Positions 46,138 through 55,629 of a stretch of DNA of 64,000 bases are shown here, in pieces (position 1 is the first letter of the stretch; each line of letters starts with the position of its first letter). The notes beneath the pieces were generated by a model, which worked only from the letters and a program-made list of their open reading frames with translations, was not told the origin of the DNA and searched no databases. The translations under genes and the position numbers were made by a program. This DNA comes from Alphaproteobacteria bacterium (GTDB lineage Bacteria > Pseudomonadota > Alphaproteobacteria > Micavibrionales > UBA2020). The stretch spans positions 146,206 through 210,205 of the forward strand of contig JAICWS010000005.1 of NCBI GenBank assembly GCA_025934695.1, in the 5' to 3' direction.

Positions 46138-47454
46138 TTAGGCAAGTTCCCCGACAAGCCAGCCCTCGCCAACCGATTGCAGTTTCACGTCGACGAGCGC
46201 GCCGGCTTTGACGTCGGCATTGACGGCCACTTCGGAGAAATAGGCCGTCCGGCCCTTATTACCCTTTTCCATCAGGACAGGCAATGTCCTGCCGACGAGG
46301 GTCTTGAGGTGTTTTTCGACTTGTCTTGCGCCCAATTCGCGCAAAACCCTGGCGCGGGCCTTGCGGATGTCGCCCTGCACTTGTGGCATGCGGGCGGCTG
46401 GCGTGCCGGGACGAGGGGAATAGGGAAAGACGTGCAGATACGTCAGGTCGCACTCGGTCACGGCTTTCAGTGTGTTGTCGAACATCTCGTCCGTTTCGGT
46501 CGGGAAGCCGGCGATGATATCGGCACCGAACACGATGTCGGGCCGCAGTTTGCGTGCCTTATCGCAGACTTCCATCAGGTGGTGACGCAGGTGGCGGCGC
46601 TTCATGCGCTTCAGGATCATATCGTCGCCCGCCTGCATCGACAGGTGCAGGTGCGGCATAAAGCGCGGCTCATCGCCGATCAGCTGCCAGAGATCATCAT
46701 CGATCTCGACCGGGTCGAGCGACGACAGGCGCAGACGCTTGAGTTCCGGCACGAGCGCCAGCAGGCGGCGGATCATCTGCCCGAGCTTGGGCTGGCCGGG
46801 CAGATCGGGACCGTAAGAGGTGATATCGACGCCGGTCAGGACGACTTCATTGTAGCCGCCCGCCACCAGCTTGCGCACCTGCTCCACGATTTCGCCCATC
46901 GGTACCGACCGCGAGTTGCCGCGGCCGAAGGGGATGATGCAGAAGGTGCAGCGATGGTCGCAGCCGTTCTGCACTTGCACGAAAGCGCGCGCATGGCTTT
47001 CGAAACCCGAGATCATGTGCCGCGCGGTTTCCTTGACGGACATGATGTCGTTGACGATGACGCGCTCGGTCTTGGGCTGCGACCAGGTTTCGCCTTTGAG
47101 CTTCAGGTCGTTGCCGATGACCTGGTTCACTTCCGGCATTTCCGCAAAAATCTTCGGGTTCACCTGCGCGGCGCAGCCGGTCACGATGATCTTCGCATCC
47201 GGGTTTTCGCGGCGCGCGCGGCGGATGGCCTGACGCGCCTGACGCTCGGCCTCCGAGGTCACGGCGCAAGTATTGACGATGATCGCGTCATTCAGCCCCG
47301 CGTTCTTCGCATGGGTCTTCATGACTTCCGATTCATATATATTGAGCCGGCAGCCGAAAGTGATGACGCGTGGACCTTCCTTGCCCTGCTCTGCCAGCTG
47401 CGCCTCGGGATCCGGAAGCTCGATCATTTCATCGTTGCTGTCGTGGGGTGTCAT
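46138..47454 (-). CDS. mtaB: tRNA t6A37 methylthiotransferase MtaB (radical SAM)
   Basis: VITFGCRLNIYESE, VNTCAVTSEAERQ and CDHRCTFCIIPFGRG. Confidence 0.88.
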   Translation of the reverse strand: MTPHDSNDEMIELPDPEAQLAEQGKEGPRVITFGCRLNIYESEVMKTHAKNAGLNDAIIVNTCAVTSEAERQARQAIRRARRENPDAKIIVTGCAAQVNPKIFAEMPEVNQVIGNDLKLKGETWSQPKTERVIVNDIMSVKETARHMISGFESHARAFVQVQNGCDHRCTFCIIPFGRGNSRSVPMGEIVEQVRKLVAGGYNEVVLTGVDITSYGPDLPGQPKLGQMIRRLLALVPELKRLRLSSLDPVEIDDDLWQLIGDEPRFMPHLHLSMQAGDDMILKRMKRRHLRHHLMEVCDKARKLRPDIVFGADIIAGFPTETDEMFDNTLKAVTECDLTYLHVFPYSPRPGTPAARMPQVQGDIRKARARVLRELGARQVEKHLKTLVGRTLPVLMEKGNKGRTAYFSEVAVNADVKAGALVDVKLQSVGEGWLVGELA

Positions 47455-48275
47455 AATTCAATCTCGCCGCGATAGGATTCCGCGACCGCGCCTGTCATCA
47501 GGACATGGTTATCGCTTTCGCGCCATTCGATGTCGAGTTCGCCGCCGTCGAGGACAATGGTAACCCGCCTTGCCGAAACCCCGCGCCGCACACCGGCCAC
47601 GGCGACGGCGCAGGCACCGGTGCCGCAGGCGCGGGTGATGCCGGCGCCGCGTTCCCAGACGCGCATGCGGATGCGGCCGCGATTGATGACATGGGCCACT
47701 TCGACATTCACTTTTTCCGGAAACAGCGGATGGTTCTCGACTTTTGGTCCCAGGCGGTCGAGCGGCACATTGTCGATGTCTTCATGCTGCATAAAAAACA
47801 CCGCATGCGGGTTGCCGACATTGACGGCGACCGGGTGCTTCAGCGAGCCTTCCTCCACGGGGAGGGAAAGCGTGTCGGATTCATGGCTTAAAGGAATATC
47901 TTTCCATTCCAGGTAAACATTGCCCATGTCGACGGTGACTTTGTCGTGCTTCTGCACCCCCTGCAGGCGGGCGGCTTTGGTCTCGAGAACGACGGAATCC
48001 TTTTTAAGCTCGTTAATCAACAGGCTGGCGATACATCTTGAAGCATTGCCGCAGGCACTGACTTCGCTGCCGTCGGCGTTATAGATCCGCAGGAAGGCGT
48101 CGGTATCCGCTGATTTCGCGGCATCTATAATGACCAGCTGGTCGAACCCGATGCCCGTGCGGCGGTCGCCCAACTGGCGGATGCGCTCGGCCGGAATCGC
48201 GAGTTCAACTCCCCTGCCATCAAAGATGGCGAAGTCATTGCCAAGCCCTTGCATTTTAATAAAGGCATTTTTCAT
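47451..48275 (-). CDS. dapF: diaminopimelate epimerase
   Basis: FIKMQGLGNDFAIFD, SACGNASRC and RACGTGACA. ATGA overlap with mtaB. Confidence 0.95.
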   Translation of the reverse strand: MKNAFIKMQGLGNDFAIFDGRGVELAIPAERIRQLGDRRTGIGFDQLVIIDAAKSADTDAFLRIYNADGSEVSACGNASRCIASLLINELKKDSVVLETKAARLQGVQKHDKVTVDMGNVYLEWKDIPLSHESDTLSLPVEEGSLKHPVAVNVGNPHAVFFMQHEDIDNVPLDRLGPKVENHPLFPEKVNVEVAHVINRGRIRMRVWERGAGITRACGTGACAVAVAGVRRGVSARRVTIVLDGGELDIEWRESDNHVLMTGAVAESYRGEIEL

Positions 48276-48462
48276 AGAGTGGTTATATCCCGTTTTTATT
48301 TCTTATACAATATTTTAACGCCCCTTTCTCACCTAAAAGGTTGAAACATGGTCAAAAAATTGCTCATAAAGCATGAACTAATATTGCCTTTTCCATTATT
48401 GAAAGCATATAATCTGGGCAGATTCTTACATATAAAAAGACCATCGAAAGCGAAGGAAATCT

Positions 48463-49443
48463 ATGGCGAATTCTTCCTCCAAAGGCTTGACCATTGGCAT
48501 CATCGCCCTTGTGGTTGTGGTGGGCCTCATCTTTGCGATCTCGCGCCACGGCAGCGACGGCGGGGCTTCCCCCGAAGTGGCGAGTGCCTCGAAAGAGAGC
48601 ACCACCCAGAACTCCGCCGACGCAGCGAAGCCGGCGGATACCAAGGCCGCCCCGACCCGGACCGCCGACGCCGCCGACAGCAAGGGCAACGAAACCAAGT
48701 CGGATGCCGGCGGCGACGAGCTGACTTCCCCGTCCGAAGACAGCCAGGCCGCCGAGGCCTCGAAAGCGGCCGAAGCCTCGAAAGATGAAAAATCGGACGC
48801 CAAGCCCGAGGCCAAAGCCGACGACAAGAAAGACGACAAGAGCGTCACGTCCCCTGATACAGCCAATACCGGCAGCCTGCTGGCCGGCCCCTCCTCGCTC
48901 GAAGTTGACGTGGACAAAGCCATGGCCGACCGCAGCATCGGCAGCGCCGACGCCCCCGTCACCATGATCGAATATGCGTCGCTGACCTGCCCGCACTGCG
49001 CGCACTTCTCGAATGACCTGCTTCCCGAAGTAAAGAAGCAGCTGATTGACACCGGCAAGCTGCGCCTGATCTACCGCGACTATCCGCTCGACACCTATGC
49101 GATGAAGGCCGCCCTGATGGCCCGCTGCGCGGATCCGGATAAGTATTTCGACCTCATCGAGGTCATCTTCAAGAACCAGGAACGCTGGGTGAAGAACGCG
49201 GACCCGGTCAAGGGCCTGATCCAGCTCGGCGCGCTCGCCGGCATGAACGAGGATTACATCAAGGCCTGCATGGCCAACGAAGAACTGCAAAGCGCAATTT
49301 TGGCGCGGGTGCAGGACGCCCAGAAGAACTACAAGCTGGACTCCACTCCCACCTTCATTTTCAACAACGGCGCGGAAAAAATGTCGGGTGACAAGGAAGT
49401 CGAAGACTTCGTCAACGTTGTCAAGAAACTGTCGGGAAAGTAA
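48463..49443 (+). CDS. DsbA-family thiol:disulfide oxidoreductase, membrane-anchored with ~120-aa acidic/Ala/Lys-rich linker
   Basis: TM anchor LTIGIIALVVVVGLIF. The CPHC active site is in MIEYASLTCPHCAHF. Confidence 0.85.
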   Translation: MANSSSKGLTIGIIALVVVVGLIFAISRHGSDGGASPEVASASKESTTQNSADAAKPADTKAAPTRTADAADSKGNETKSDAGGDELTSPSEDSQAAEASKAAEASKDEKSDAKPEAKADDKKDDKSVTSPDTANTGSLLAGPSSLEVDVDKAMADRSIGSADAPVTMIEYASLTCPHCAHFSNDLLPEVKKQLIDTGKLRLIYRDYPLDTYAMKAALMARCADPDKYFDLIEVIFKNQERWVKNADPVKGLIQLGALAGMNEDYIKACMANEELQSAILARVQDAQKNYKLDSTPTFIFNNGAEKMSGDKEVEDFVNVVKKLSGK

Positions 49444-49449
49444 GCGCAC

Positions 49450-52400
49450 ATGATGCACTTCAAAAAACTGAAGCTGACGGGCTTCAAATCGTTCGTCGAG
49501 CTGACTGAGTTCGAAATCGGCAAGGGCCTGACCGGCATCGTAGGGCCGAACGGCTGCGGCAAGTCGAACATCATGGAAGCCCTGCGCTGGGCGATGGGCG
49601 AAAACTCGCCCAAGCGCATGCGCTCCTCCGGCATGGAAGACGTGATTTTCGCCGGAACGGAAATGCGCCCGCCGCGCAATTCGGCCGAAGTCACGCTGTT
49701 CCTCGACAATTCCGAGCGCACCGCGCCCGCCGAACTCAACGATTCAGACGAACTCGAAGTCGTGCGCAAGATCGAGCGCGACGTCGGCTCGACCTACAAG
49801 GTCAACGGCAAGGTCGTGCGCATGCGCGACGTGCAGCTGCTCTTCGCGGATTCTTCCGTCGGTTCGCATTCCCCCGCGCTCGTCTCCCAGGGCCGCGTCG
49901 CGGACATGATCAACGCCAAGCCCACCCAGCGCCGCATGGTGCTGGAAGAAGCGGCCGGCATCTCGGGCCTCCACGCCCGCCGCCATGAGGCGGAACTGAA
50001 ACTCAAAGCCGCCGAAACCAACCTGCTGCGCGTCGAAGACGTGCTGGGCGCGATGAACGTCCAGCTCGAAGGCCTCAAGAAGCAGGCCCGCCAGGCGTCG
50101 CGCTACCGCAACCTGTCCGGCCATATCCAGACGGCGGAAGGCTCGCTGCTGTACCTGAAATTCCAGGAAAGCCAGACGGCCGTAGCAGCCGCCCTCGCCG
50201 CCTTCGAAACCGCCGAGAACACCGTGCGCGACCGCATGCTGGTCGTGACCGAACTGACGACGAAACAAACCGAAGCCGCGGCGCAGGTGCCGCAGCTGCG
50301 CCAGACGGAAGCCGAAGCCGCCGCAGCATTGCAGCGCCTGAAGCTCGCCTACGGCAGCCTCGAAACCGAAGAGCGCCAGGTCAACGAAGACCGCGCGAAA
50401 TCGGAAAGCCTGATCCAGCAATACGGCACCGACGTCGAGCACGAAAACCTCCAGAAGACCGAGGCGAACGACACTGTTTCCCGCCTTGGCTCCGAACAGG
50501 CCAACCTCGAGCAGGAAGCCACGACGCAGGCCGGCCGCGAAGAAGAAGCGCGCATCCTGCGCGACGAGACGCAGGCCACGGTCGAGAAGATCGAGACCGA
50601 GCTGACGCAGCTGACGGAGGAGGTCGCGTCGCAGGACGCCGAGCGCCATTCGTCCGAGCGCCGCATCGGCGAATTCGAGCGCCGCATCCAGCAGCTGACC
50701 GACCGCAAAGCAAACCTCGAGAACCAGCACGCGAATATTCTGGCCAATACGCCGGCGAAAGCAGAACTGGAAGAGATCGTCACGCACATCGCGACCGCCG
50801 AAGAGACCTATCAGGCTGCCAGCGCAACCTTCGACCAGACCGAAGCCACTCGCGCGACTGCGGACGCCGCCGTCCATGAAACGGCGGAGACGCTGCAAAC
50901 CGTGCAGCGCACTTTCTCGCAGCTGACGGCCGAGGCCGACGCGCTTCGCCGAATCCTGCGCAACCAGCAGGAAGGCTATCAGCCGGTCATCGACCTGCTG
51001 AACGTCGATGCGGGCCTTGAAAAGGCGCTTGCCGTCGCTTTCGGCGATGACCTGCAAGCAGCACTCGACGGTTCCGCGCCCATCTATTGGCGCGAACTGC
51101 CCGAATACACCAGCGTCTCTCCTCTTCCTGGCAATGCGAAGCCCTTGAGCCAATATGTCCGCGGCCCGCAGGCGCTGAACCGCACGCTGTCGCAGATCGG
51201 AGTGGTTGAGAATGCCGCCGAAGCCGAAAGCCTGATGGCCGGCCTGCAGCCGGGCCAGTGCCTCGTCACGCTCGACGGCGGCGCTTGGCGCTGGGACGGC
51301 CTCACCGTCTCGTCGGATGCCGAAAACGCGTCGGCCATCCGCCTGCAACAGAAAAACCGCCTGGCCGAACTCGAGACCGAGATTGCGACGGTGCAGGTGC
51401 AGCTCGACGCCGCCCGCACTGCCTCCACCGCCGCAAAGGACGCGCGCCTTGTCGCGATCGAAGCGGTCAACGCCGCCCGCCAGGCCTTCCGGCAATCTGA
51501 AGAGGCGCTGAACGGATTGCGCCGCCGCCACACGCAGCTCAGCAACCAGCTGACCGAAGTCACGGCGAAACTCTCAAGCCTGACCGCCAACATCGAAACG
51601 GCGGGCCAGGAATTCGAAGCCGTCGCGCAACAGCTCTCCGAAGCGCGTGAAGCGCACGAGCTGCTGCCCGACACCGCCGAAAGCCGCGAGAAGATCGTGG
51701 CGCTGAAGGCCCAACTTGGCGAACAGCGCCAGACGCTGGCAAACCAGCAGGCCGCCTATGCCGAGATCATGCGCGAGGGCGAGAACCGCAACCGCCGCAT
51801 CAATCAGATCAAGAACGACATCACCGGCTGGCAGGGCCGCCTCGAGCGCATCGACCTGCGCCTCCTCGAACTCGAAGAGCGCATCACGCAGGCGCAGGAA
51901 GTCCTCGACCGGCTGGCCGAGCGTCCTGCGCAGATCGAGCGCGAGAAGCAGGAACTGCTCTCCCGCATCACGGAAGCCGAAGCCAAGCGCCAGGAAGCAG
52001 CCGACATCCTCGTGGCCGCCGAAACTGCGGCGAACGATCTCGCCCGCGAGCTGCGCGCCGCCGAAAGCGGCTTGTCGGATGCCAAGGAAGCCCGCGCGAT
52101 GGCGCAGGCCTCCGTCAATACGACACAGCACACGCAGACCGGCATCGAAGCCTCCATCCAGGAGAAATTCAACTGCACGCCGGAAGAAATGGTTGCCCGC
52201 CTCGAACTCAAAGTCGATGAACTCGGCGACATCGCGAGCTGGCAGGGCAAGCTGGAACGCCTGTTGCGCGAGCGTGACAATATGGGCCCCGTGAACCTGC
52301 GCGCCGAAGTCGAGGCGAGCGAGATCACCGACAAGATGACCGGCCTCTCGACCGAGCGCGACGACCTCGTCGCCGCCATCGGCAAGCTGCGCGAAGGCAT

Positions 52401-52908
52401 CAACACGCTCAACAAGGAAGCGCGCACGCGCCTCCTGTCGGCGTTTGACACCGTCAACACCCACTTCCAGAAGCTCTTCACCCGCCTGTTCAACGGCGGC
52501 TCCGCTTACCTGAAGCTCATCGAAGCCGACGACCCGCTGGAATCGGGCCTCGAGATCTACGCGCAGCCGCCGGGCAAGAAGCTCAGCGTGCTGTCGCTGC
52601 TCTCGGGCGGCGAGCAGACGCTGACCTCCATCGCGCTCATCTTCGGCATGTTCTTGACGAACCCCGCCCCGATCTGCGTGCTGGACGAGGTGGACGCCCC
52701 GCTCGACGAAAGCAACGTCGACCGCTATTGTACGCTGCTCGAAGACCTGGCGAAGGAAACCAGCACGAGGTTCGTTGTCATTACCCACCACCGCATGACG
52801 ATGGCCCGCATGGACCGCCTCTACGGCGTCACCATGAGCGAAAAAGGCGTCTCGCAGCTCGTCTCCGTCGACCTCAAGCAGCACGAACTGCAGCTGGAAG
52901 CGGCTTAA
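49450..52908 (+). CDS. smc: chromosome segregation protein SMC
   Basis: 1152 aa. N-terminal GPNGCGKSN, long coiled coils, C-terminal LSGGEQTLTSIALIF and CVLDEVDAPLD. Confidence 0.97.
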   Translation: MMHFKKLKLTGFKSFVELTEFEIGKGLTGIVGPNGCGKSNIMEALRWAMGENSPKRMRSSGMEDVIFAGTEMRPPRNSAEVTLFLDNSERTAPAELNDSDELEVVRKIERDVGSTYKVNGKVVRMRDVQLLFADSSVGSHSPALVSQGRVADMINAKPTQRRMVLEEAAGISGLHARRHEAELKLKAAETNLLRVEDVLGAMNVQLEGLKKQARQASRYRNLSGHIQTAEGSLLYLKFQESQTAVAAALAAFETAENTVRDRMLVVTELTTKQTEAAAQVPQLRQTEAEAAAALQRLKLAYGSLETEERQVNEDRAKSESLIQQYGTDVEHENLQKTEANDTVSRLGSEQANLEQEATTQAGREEEARILRDETQATVEKIETELTQLTEEVASQDAERHSSERRIGEFERRIQQLTDRKANLENQHANILANTPAKAELEEIVTHIATAEETYQAASATFDQTEATRATADAAVHETAETLQTVQRTFSQLTAEADALRRILRNQQEGYQPVIDLLNVDAGLEKALAVAFGDDLQAALDGSAPIYWRELPEYTSVSPLPGNAKPLSQYVRGPQALNRTLSQIGVVENAAEAESLMAGLQPGQCLVTLDGGAWRWDGLTVSSDAENASAIRLQQKNRLAELETEIATVQVQLDAARTASTAAKDARLVAIEAVNAARQAFRQSEEALNGLRRRHTQLSNQLTEVTAKLSSLTANIETAGQEFEAVAQQLSEAREAHELLPDTAESREKIVALKAQLGEQRQTLANQQAAYAEIMREGENRNRRINQIKNDITGWQGRLERIDLRLLELEERITQAQEVLDRLAERPAQIEREKQELLSRITEAEAKRQEAADILVAAETAANDLARELRAAESGLSDAKEARAMAQASVNTTQHTQTGIEASIQEKFNCTPEEMVARLELKVDELGDIASWQGKLERLLRERDNMGPVNLRAEVEASEITDKMTGLSTERDDLVAAIGKLREGINTLNKEARTRLLSAFDTVNTHFQKLFTRLFNGGSAYLKLIEADDPLESGLEIYAQPPGKKLSVLSLLSGGEQTLTSIALIFGMFLTNPAPICVLDEVDAPLDESNVDRYCTLLEDLAKETSTRFVVITHHRMTMARMDRLYGVTMSEKGVSQLVSVDLKQHELQLEAA

Positions 52909-53019
52909 CCATTTCCTCCTCCCCTTTGGGAGAGGAGGCTTATGCAACCGGGACTCTTCCGCAATTGTTTATCTGGCGCGGCCGATTTACAATCGTTGCG
53001 GTAAGGACCATTGCTCCTC

Positions 53020-53838
53020 ATGCCAAACGCGCCGCTGCCGTTCCGCCCTGAAATCTATCCGCGCATCTACAGGCTTCGCTTTGACCGCGCCGTCGGGGCG
53101 TTGTTTTTGGGATTTGGCGGGCTTTTCCTCGGGCTGGGGCGGCTGTCCGACCTGGGATCGGGCGACGAAGCCGTTCCTTTCGACTTTACCCGTTTCAAGT
53201 GGACCATTATCCGGCGCGTCGCGACCGAGCATCCGCTGCCTTTTTGCAACGAGATCGTAACGATTGCCTGGATGATATGCGTCGGCGTATGCTTTGTCCT
53301 CTTCCCCGCCATGCAAAGAGTGAAATTGACCGCGGATTCAATCGAGGTCGGATGGTTTTTCCGCGCCCGAAAAATGCGGCGCGACGAAATCGAAGGCATG
53401 CGTCTGAGGATCCTGCGCAGGGGCTCCGCCTTCCTGAACTTCCTCGTTCCGAAAGACGAGACCAAAGTGCCTGTTTTCTTGCCGGAACTGAATTTTGACG
53501 GCGACTACGACGCCTGGGTCGGAAATCTCCCGTTTCTTGGCAGTGACATACTGATCTCGCGCAAAGAAATAGTCGAGAATGCCAGGCCGGTCGAATGGCG
53601 GAATCATCAGTGGGTGCCTGCCGACATGCCGCCCGCGAAGCCTGAAAAAGACCTGGTCACACCGGCGGCGCTTTTAGTGGCCTTCGGCCTGCCCGCACTG
53701 ATCGTCGCACTGATTTATTTCGCGACCTCACTTGTTCCGCTGATCTTTCTCAACATCGCGGCGGCGATCGTTCTCTATGCCGCTTATGTTCTCGGTTACA
53801 TTTTTAAGCACAGACCGTCGGGGAGGGATGCGCGATGA
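53020..53838 (+). CDS. hypothetical membrane protein (two TM pairs flanking a soluble, possibly PH-like, domain)
   Basis: Hydrophobic pairs at the N- and C-termini. ATG 53020 is preferred over TTG 53011. Confidence 0.55.
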   Translation: MPNAPLPFRPEIYPRIYRLRFDRAVGALFLGFGGLFLGLGRLSDLGSGDEAVPFDFTRFKWTIIRRVATEHPLPFCNEIVTIAWMICVGVCFVLFPAMQRVKLTADSIEVGWFFRARKMRRDEIEGMRLRILRRGSAFLNFLVPKDETKVPVFLPELNFDGDYDAWVGNLPFLGSDILISRKEIVENARPVEWRNHQWVPADMPPAKPEKDLVTPAALLVAFGLPALIVALIYFATSLVPLIFLNIAAAIVLYAAYVLGYIFKHRPSGRDAR

Positions 53839-53924
53839 GCGCCGTCTCAAGGACACGCGCCCGGGTCGTCGTCGACGCCGGTGCATTAGAAGCTATCCCC
53901 CTCAGCCCCAGAGCAAAAATATAT

Positions 53925-53954
53925 TTGACATAATATTGAAAAATCGGATATAGT
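53925..53954 (+). promoter_or_regulatory. sigma70-type promoter (TTGACATAATATT core), RNA unit 1
   Basis: TTGACA, 18 nt spacer, TATAGT. Confidence 0.65.
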
Positions 53955-53960
53955 ACCACC

Positions 53961-54149
53961 AGCAATGCGCAACCACGGCAGTCGCTTTCAAGCACGCTTC
54001 TCGGCTGACGGTTAAGGCGCAATCTGCAAAGCGGCCAGAAAGCCACCCGACACGGGCGGCGCAGCTGGCTGTTTTCCTCCCGAAAATGGCAGCCCTGAAA
54101 TGAGCCGGACAAACGGCAACCGGGAGAGTGTGTAAAGGAGAACTAAAAG
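53961..54149 (+). ncRNA. conserved structured 5' leader, copy 1 (unclassified; CCUCC-loop hairpin)
   Basis: About 190 nt, colinear with 54657..54851. Hairpins at 54042-54060, 54067-54094 (loop CCUCCCG) and 54104-54117. Shine-Dalgarno GGAG at 54137-54140. Confidence 0.55.
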
Positions 54150-54467
54150 ATGGCTGACCAGAAAATCACCCTGTTCTTTGAAAATGCCGCCGGCGAACGC
54201 GCATTCAGCACGAACAACGGCACGCTGCGCGCGATCTTCGCGCAGGCGAACGTCGAAGCTCCCGAACCGGCTTTCGACCTCCTCAAATCGAAGGATCCCG
54301 TCGTTTCCATCGTCTTTACGGCGCCGGATGACGCCGTGAATAGAGTCGCCAAAGCTGCGAGCGGCTACGAGAATGTCGCCGTCGCCCGCGGCGAGCTGAC
54401 AAATGACAATGTGCGCGAGGTGTTTTCGAAGAAAGACATGATAAAGCTCGCGGTTTGGACGATGTAG
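54150..54467 (+). CDS. hypothetical 105-aa protein
   Basis: MADQKITLFFENAAG... GGAG lies 9 nt upstream and a terminator lies downstream. Confidence 0.55.
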   Translation: MADQKITLFFENAAGERAFSTNNGTLRAIFAQANVEAPEPAFDLLKSKDPVVSIVFTAPDDAVNRVAKAASGYENVAVARGELTNDNVREVFSKKDMIKLAVWTM

Positions 54468-54578
54468 CAGTCTTCAGACGATGCGTGCGGATCTTGTCGA
54501 CGGTGCGCCTCAGTTCGCCAAGAGAACCGGAGTTTGCCTTTGAATCGCCAGATAGAGGCCTTGCGAAGATTCCTTTCG

Positions 54579-54604
54579 AAGGGCGGAGCTACGCCCTTTA
54601 TTTC
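54579..54604 (+). terminator. rho-independent terminator
   Basis: GGGCG-GAGCTA-CGCCC followed by TTTATTT. Confidence 0.6.
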
Positions 54605-54620
54605 AAAAGAAAAAATAAAG

Positions 54621-54650
54621 TTGACATAATATTACGAAATCGGTTATATT
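54621..54650 (+). promoter_or_regulatory. sigma70-type promoter (TTGACATAATATT core), RNA unit 2
   Basis: TTGACA, 18 nt spacer, TATATT. Confidence 0.6.
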
Positions 54651-54656
54651 AATACC

Positions 54657-54969
54657 ACGCAATGCGCAACCACGGCAGCCGCTTTAAAGCACGTTTCTCG
54701 GCTGACGGTAAGGCGCAACCTGCTAAAACGGCCAGATTATTCACCCGGTACGGGTGACGAGCTGGCTGTTTCCCTCCGAATACAGCACAGCTCGAAAATA
54801 AAGCCGGACAAACGGCAAAACGAGTGGTGTGTGTACAAGGAAAACGAAAATATGGCCGGTCAAACCGCCTTTTTCACAAGTTTCAGGACGATCAAATAGT
54901 CTCCGCGCGCCGCGCGGTATCGATGGTGTCTCTGGACGGCCGCCATCGATCCGCGCGGCGCAATTTTTT
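54657..54969 (+). ncRNA. conserved structured RNA, copy 2: stand-alone sRNA-like unit with a 15-codon ORF and strong terminator
   Basis: Hairpins at 54741-54757, 54761-54791 (loop CCUCC) and 54803-54816. Micro-ORF 54852..54899 (MAGQTAFFTSFRTIK). 18-19-bp terminator stem at 54908-54960 followed by T6. Confidence 0.55.
54908..54969 (+). terminator. strong rho-independent terminator
   Basis: CGCCGCGCGGTATCGATGG ... CCATCGATCCGCGCGGCG followed by CAATTTTTT. Confidence 0.8.
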
Positions 54970-54983
54970 CCGAACATCAATAT

Positions 54984-55619
54984 TCAGTTTGAGGGAGAAG
55001 GCGAATCCGCTTTCTTCAGCTTCAGGGGGCCCTTCACTTCGATCGCGCCTGCCGTCGAAACAGCCGCGTCATTGAACGCGTCCGCCGCGCCGGACATCAG
55101 CGGTGAGGCCGCCTGCCCGGGTGCCGGCGGATTGCGCAAAACCTGCAGGACATCCGCAAGCTTGGCGGCATAATCAAACGCCGTCTTCCCCTCGTTATCG
55201 GCCACCAAAGGATCGGCCCCGCGCTCGAGCAGGGCGCGCACAAGCTTCGGCTTCCCCTGCTGCACGGCGCAATGAAGCGCAGTGCCGCCGGTGCTCGTCC
55301 GGGTGTTGATGTCGGCGCCGGCCGCAAGCAGCAGGTCCGTCATTTTCAGGCGGCCGCCCATCGCGGCGAAAAGGACTGCGGGCGTCTTCTCATCTATCGT
55401 AAAAGGCACGAGTATTCCCGCCGCGCCAATGCGGGCCCCGCAACCGGGATTGGCGCCGTCTTTCAGCGCCTTTCCTGCGATCAGCAGGCGGTTGTGGAAG
55501 ACGGCGACTTCGAGACGGTCATTGAGCGTCTTTGACGTCGGCGGCGAAATCTTGTCCTTCAGCGCGAGCAGCGGGATAAGCAGCATTTGCGACGGGGCCG
55601 TCAGCAAATTCCAGTTCAT
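54984..55619 (-). CDS. ankyrin-repeat protein
   Basis: TPAVLFAAMGGRLKMTDLLLAAGADINTRTSTGGTALHCAVQQGKPKLVRALLERGADP. Tail is IEVKGPLKLKKADSPSPSN. Start at the second ATG, 6 nt after GGAG. Confidence 0.85.
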   Translation of the reverse strand: MNWNLLTAPSQMLLIPLLALKDKISPPTSKTLNDRLEVAVFHNRLLIAGKALKDGANPGCGARIGAAGILVPFTIDEKTPAVLFAAMGGRLKMTDLLLAAGADINTRTSTGGTALHCAVQQGKPKLVRALLERGADPLVADNEGKTAFDYAAKLADVLQVLRNPPAPGQAASPLMSGAADAFNDAAVSTAGAIEVKGPLKLKKADSPSPSN

Positions 55620-55629
55620 CTGCATCTCC

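Noticed and set aside
52915-52938. The hairpin after smc as a rho-independent terminator.
   Set aside because: The stem is good (CCTCCTCCCC/GGAGAGGAGG) but no U-run follows. I treat it only as a relative of the CCCTCTCCC repeat family.
53961-54149. Assigning the duplicated leader to a known riboswitch class (cobalamin, glycine, c-di-GMP-I, SAM-II, ZTP, fluoride).
   Set aside because: I could not find any of their conserved core sequences, such as the B12 box or the GGAGAG..CACCG glycine core. I leave it unclassified rather than guess.
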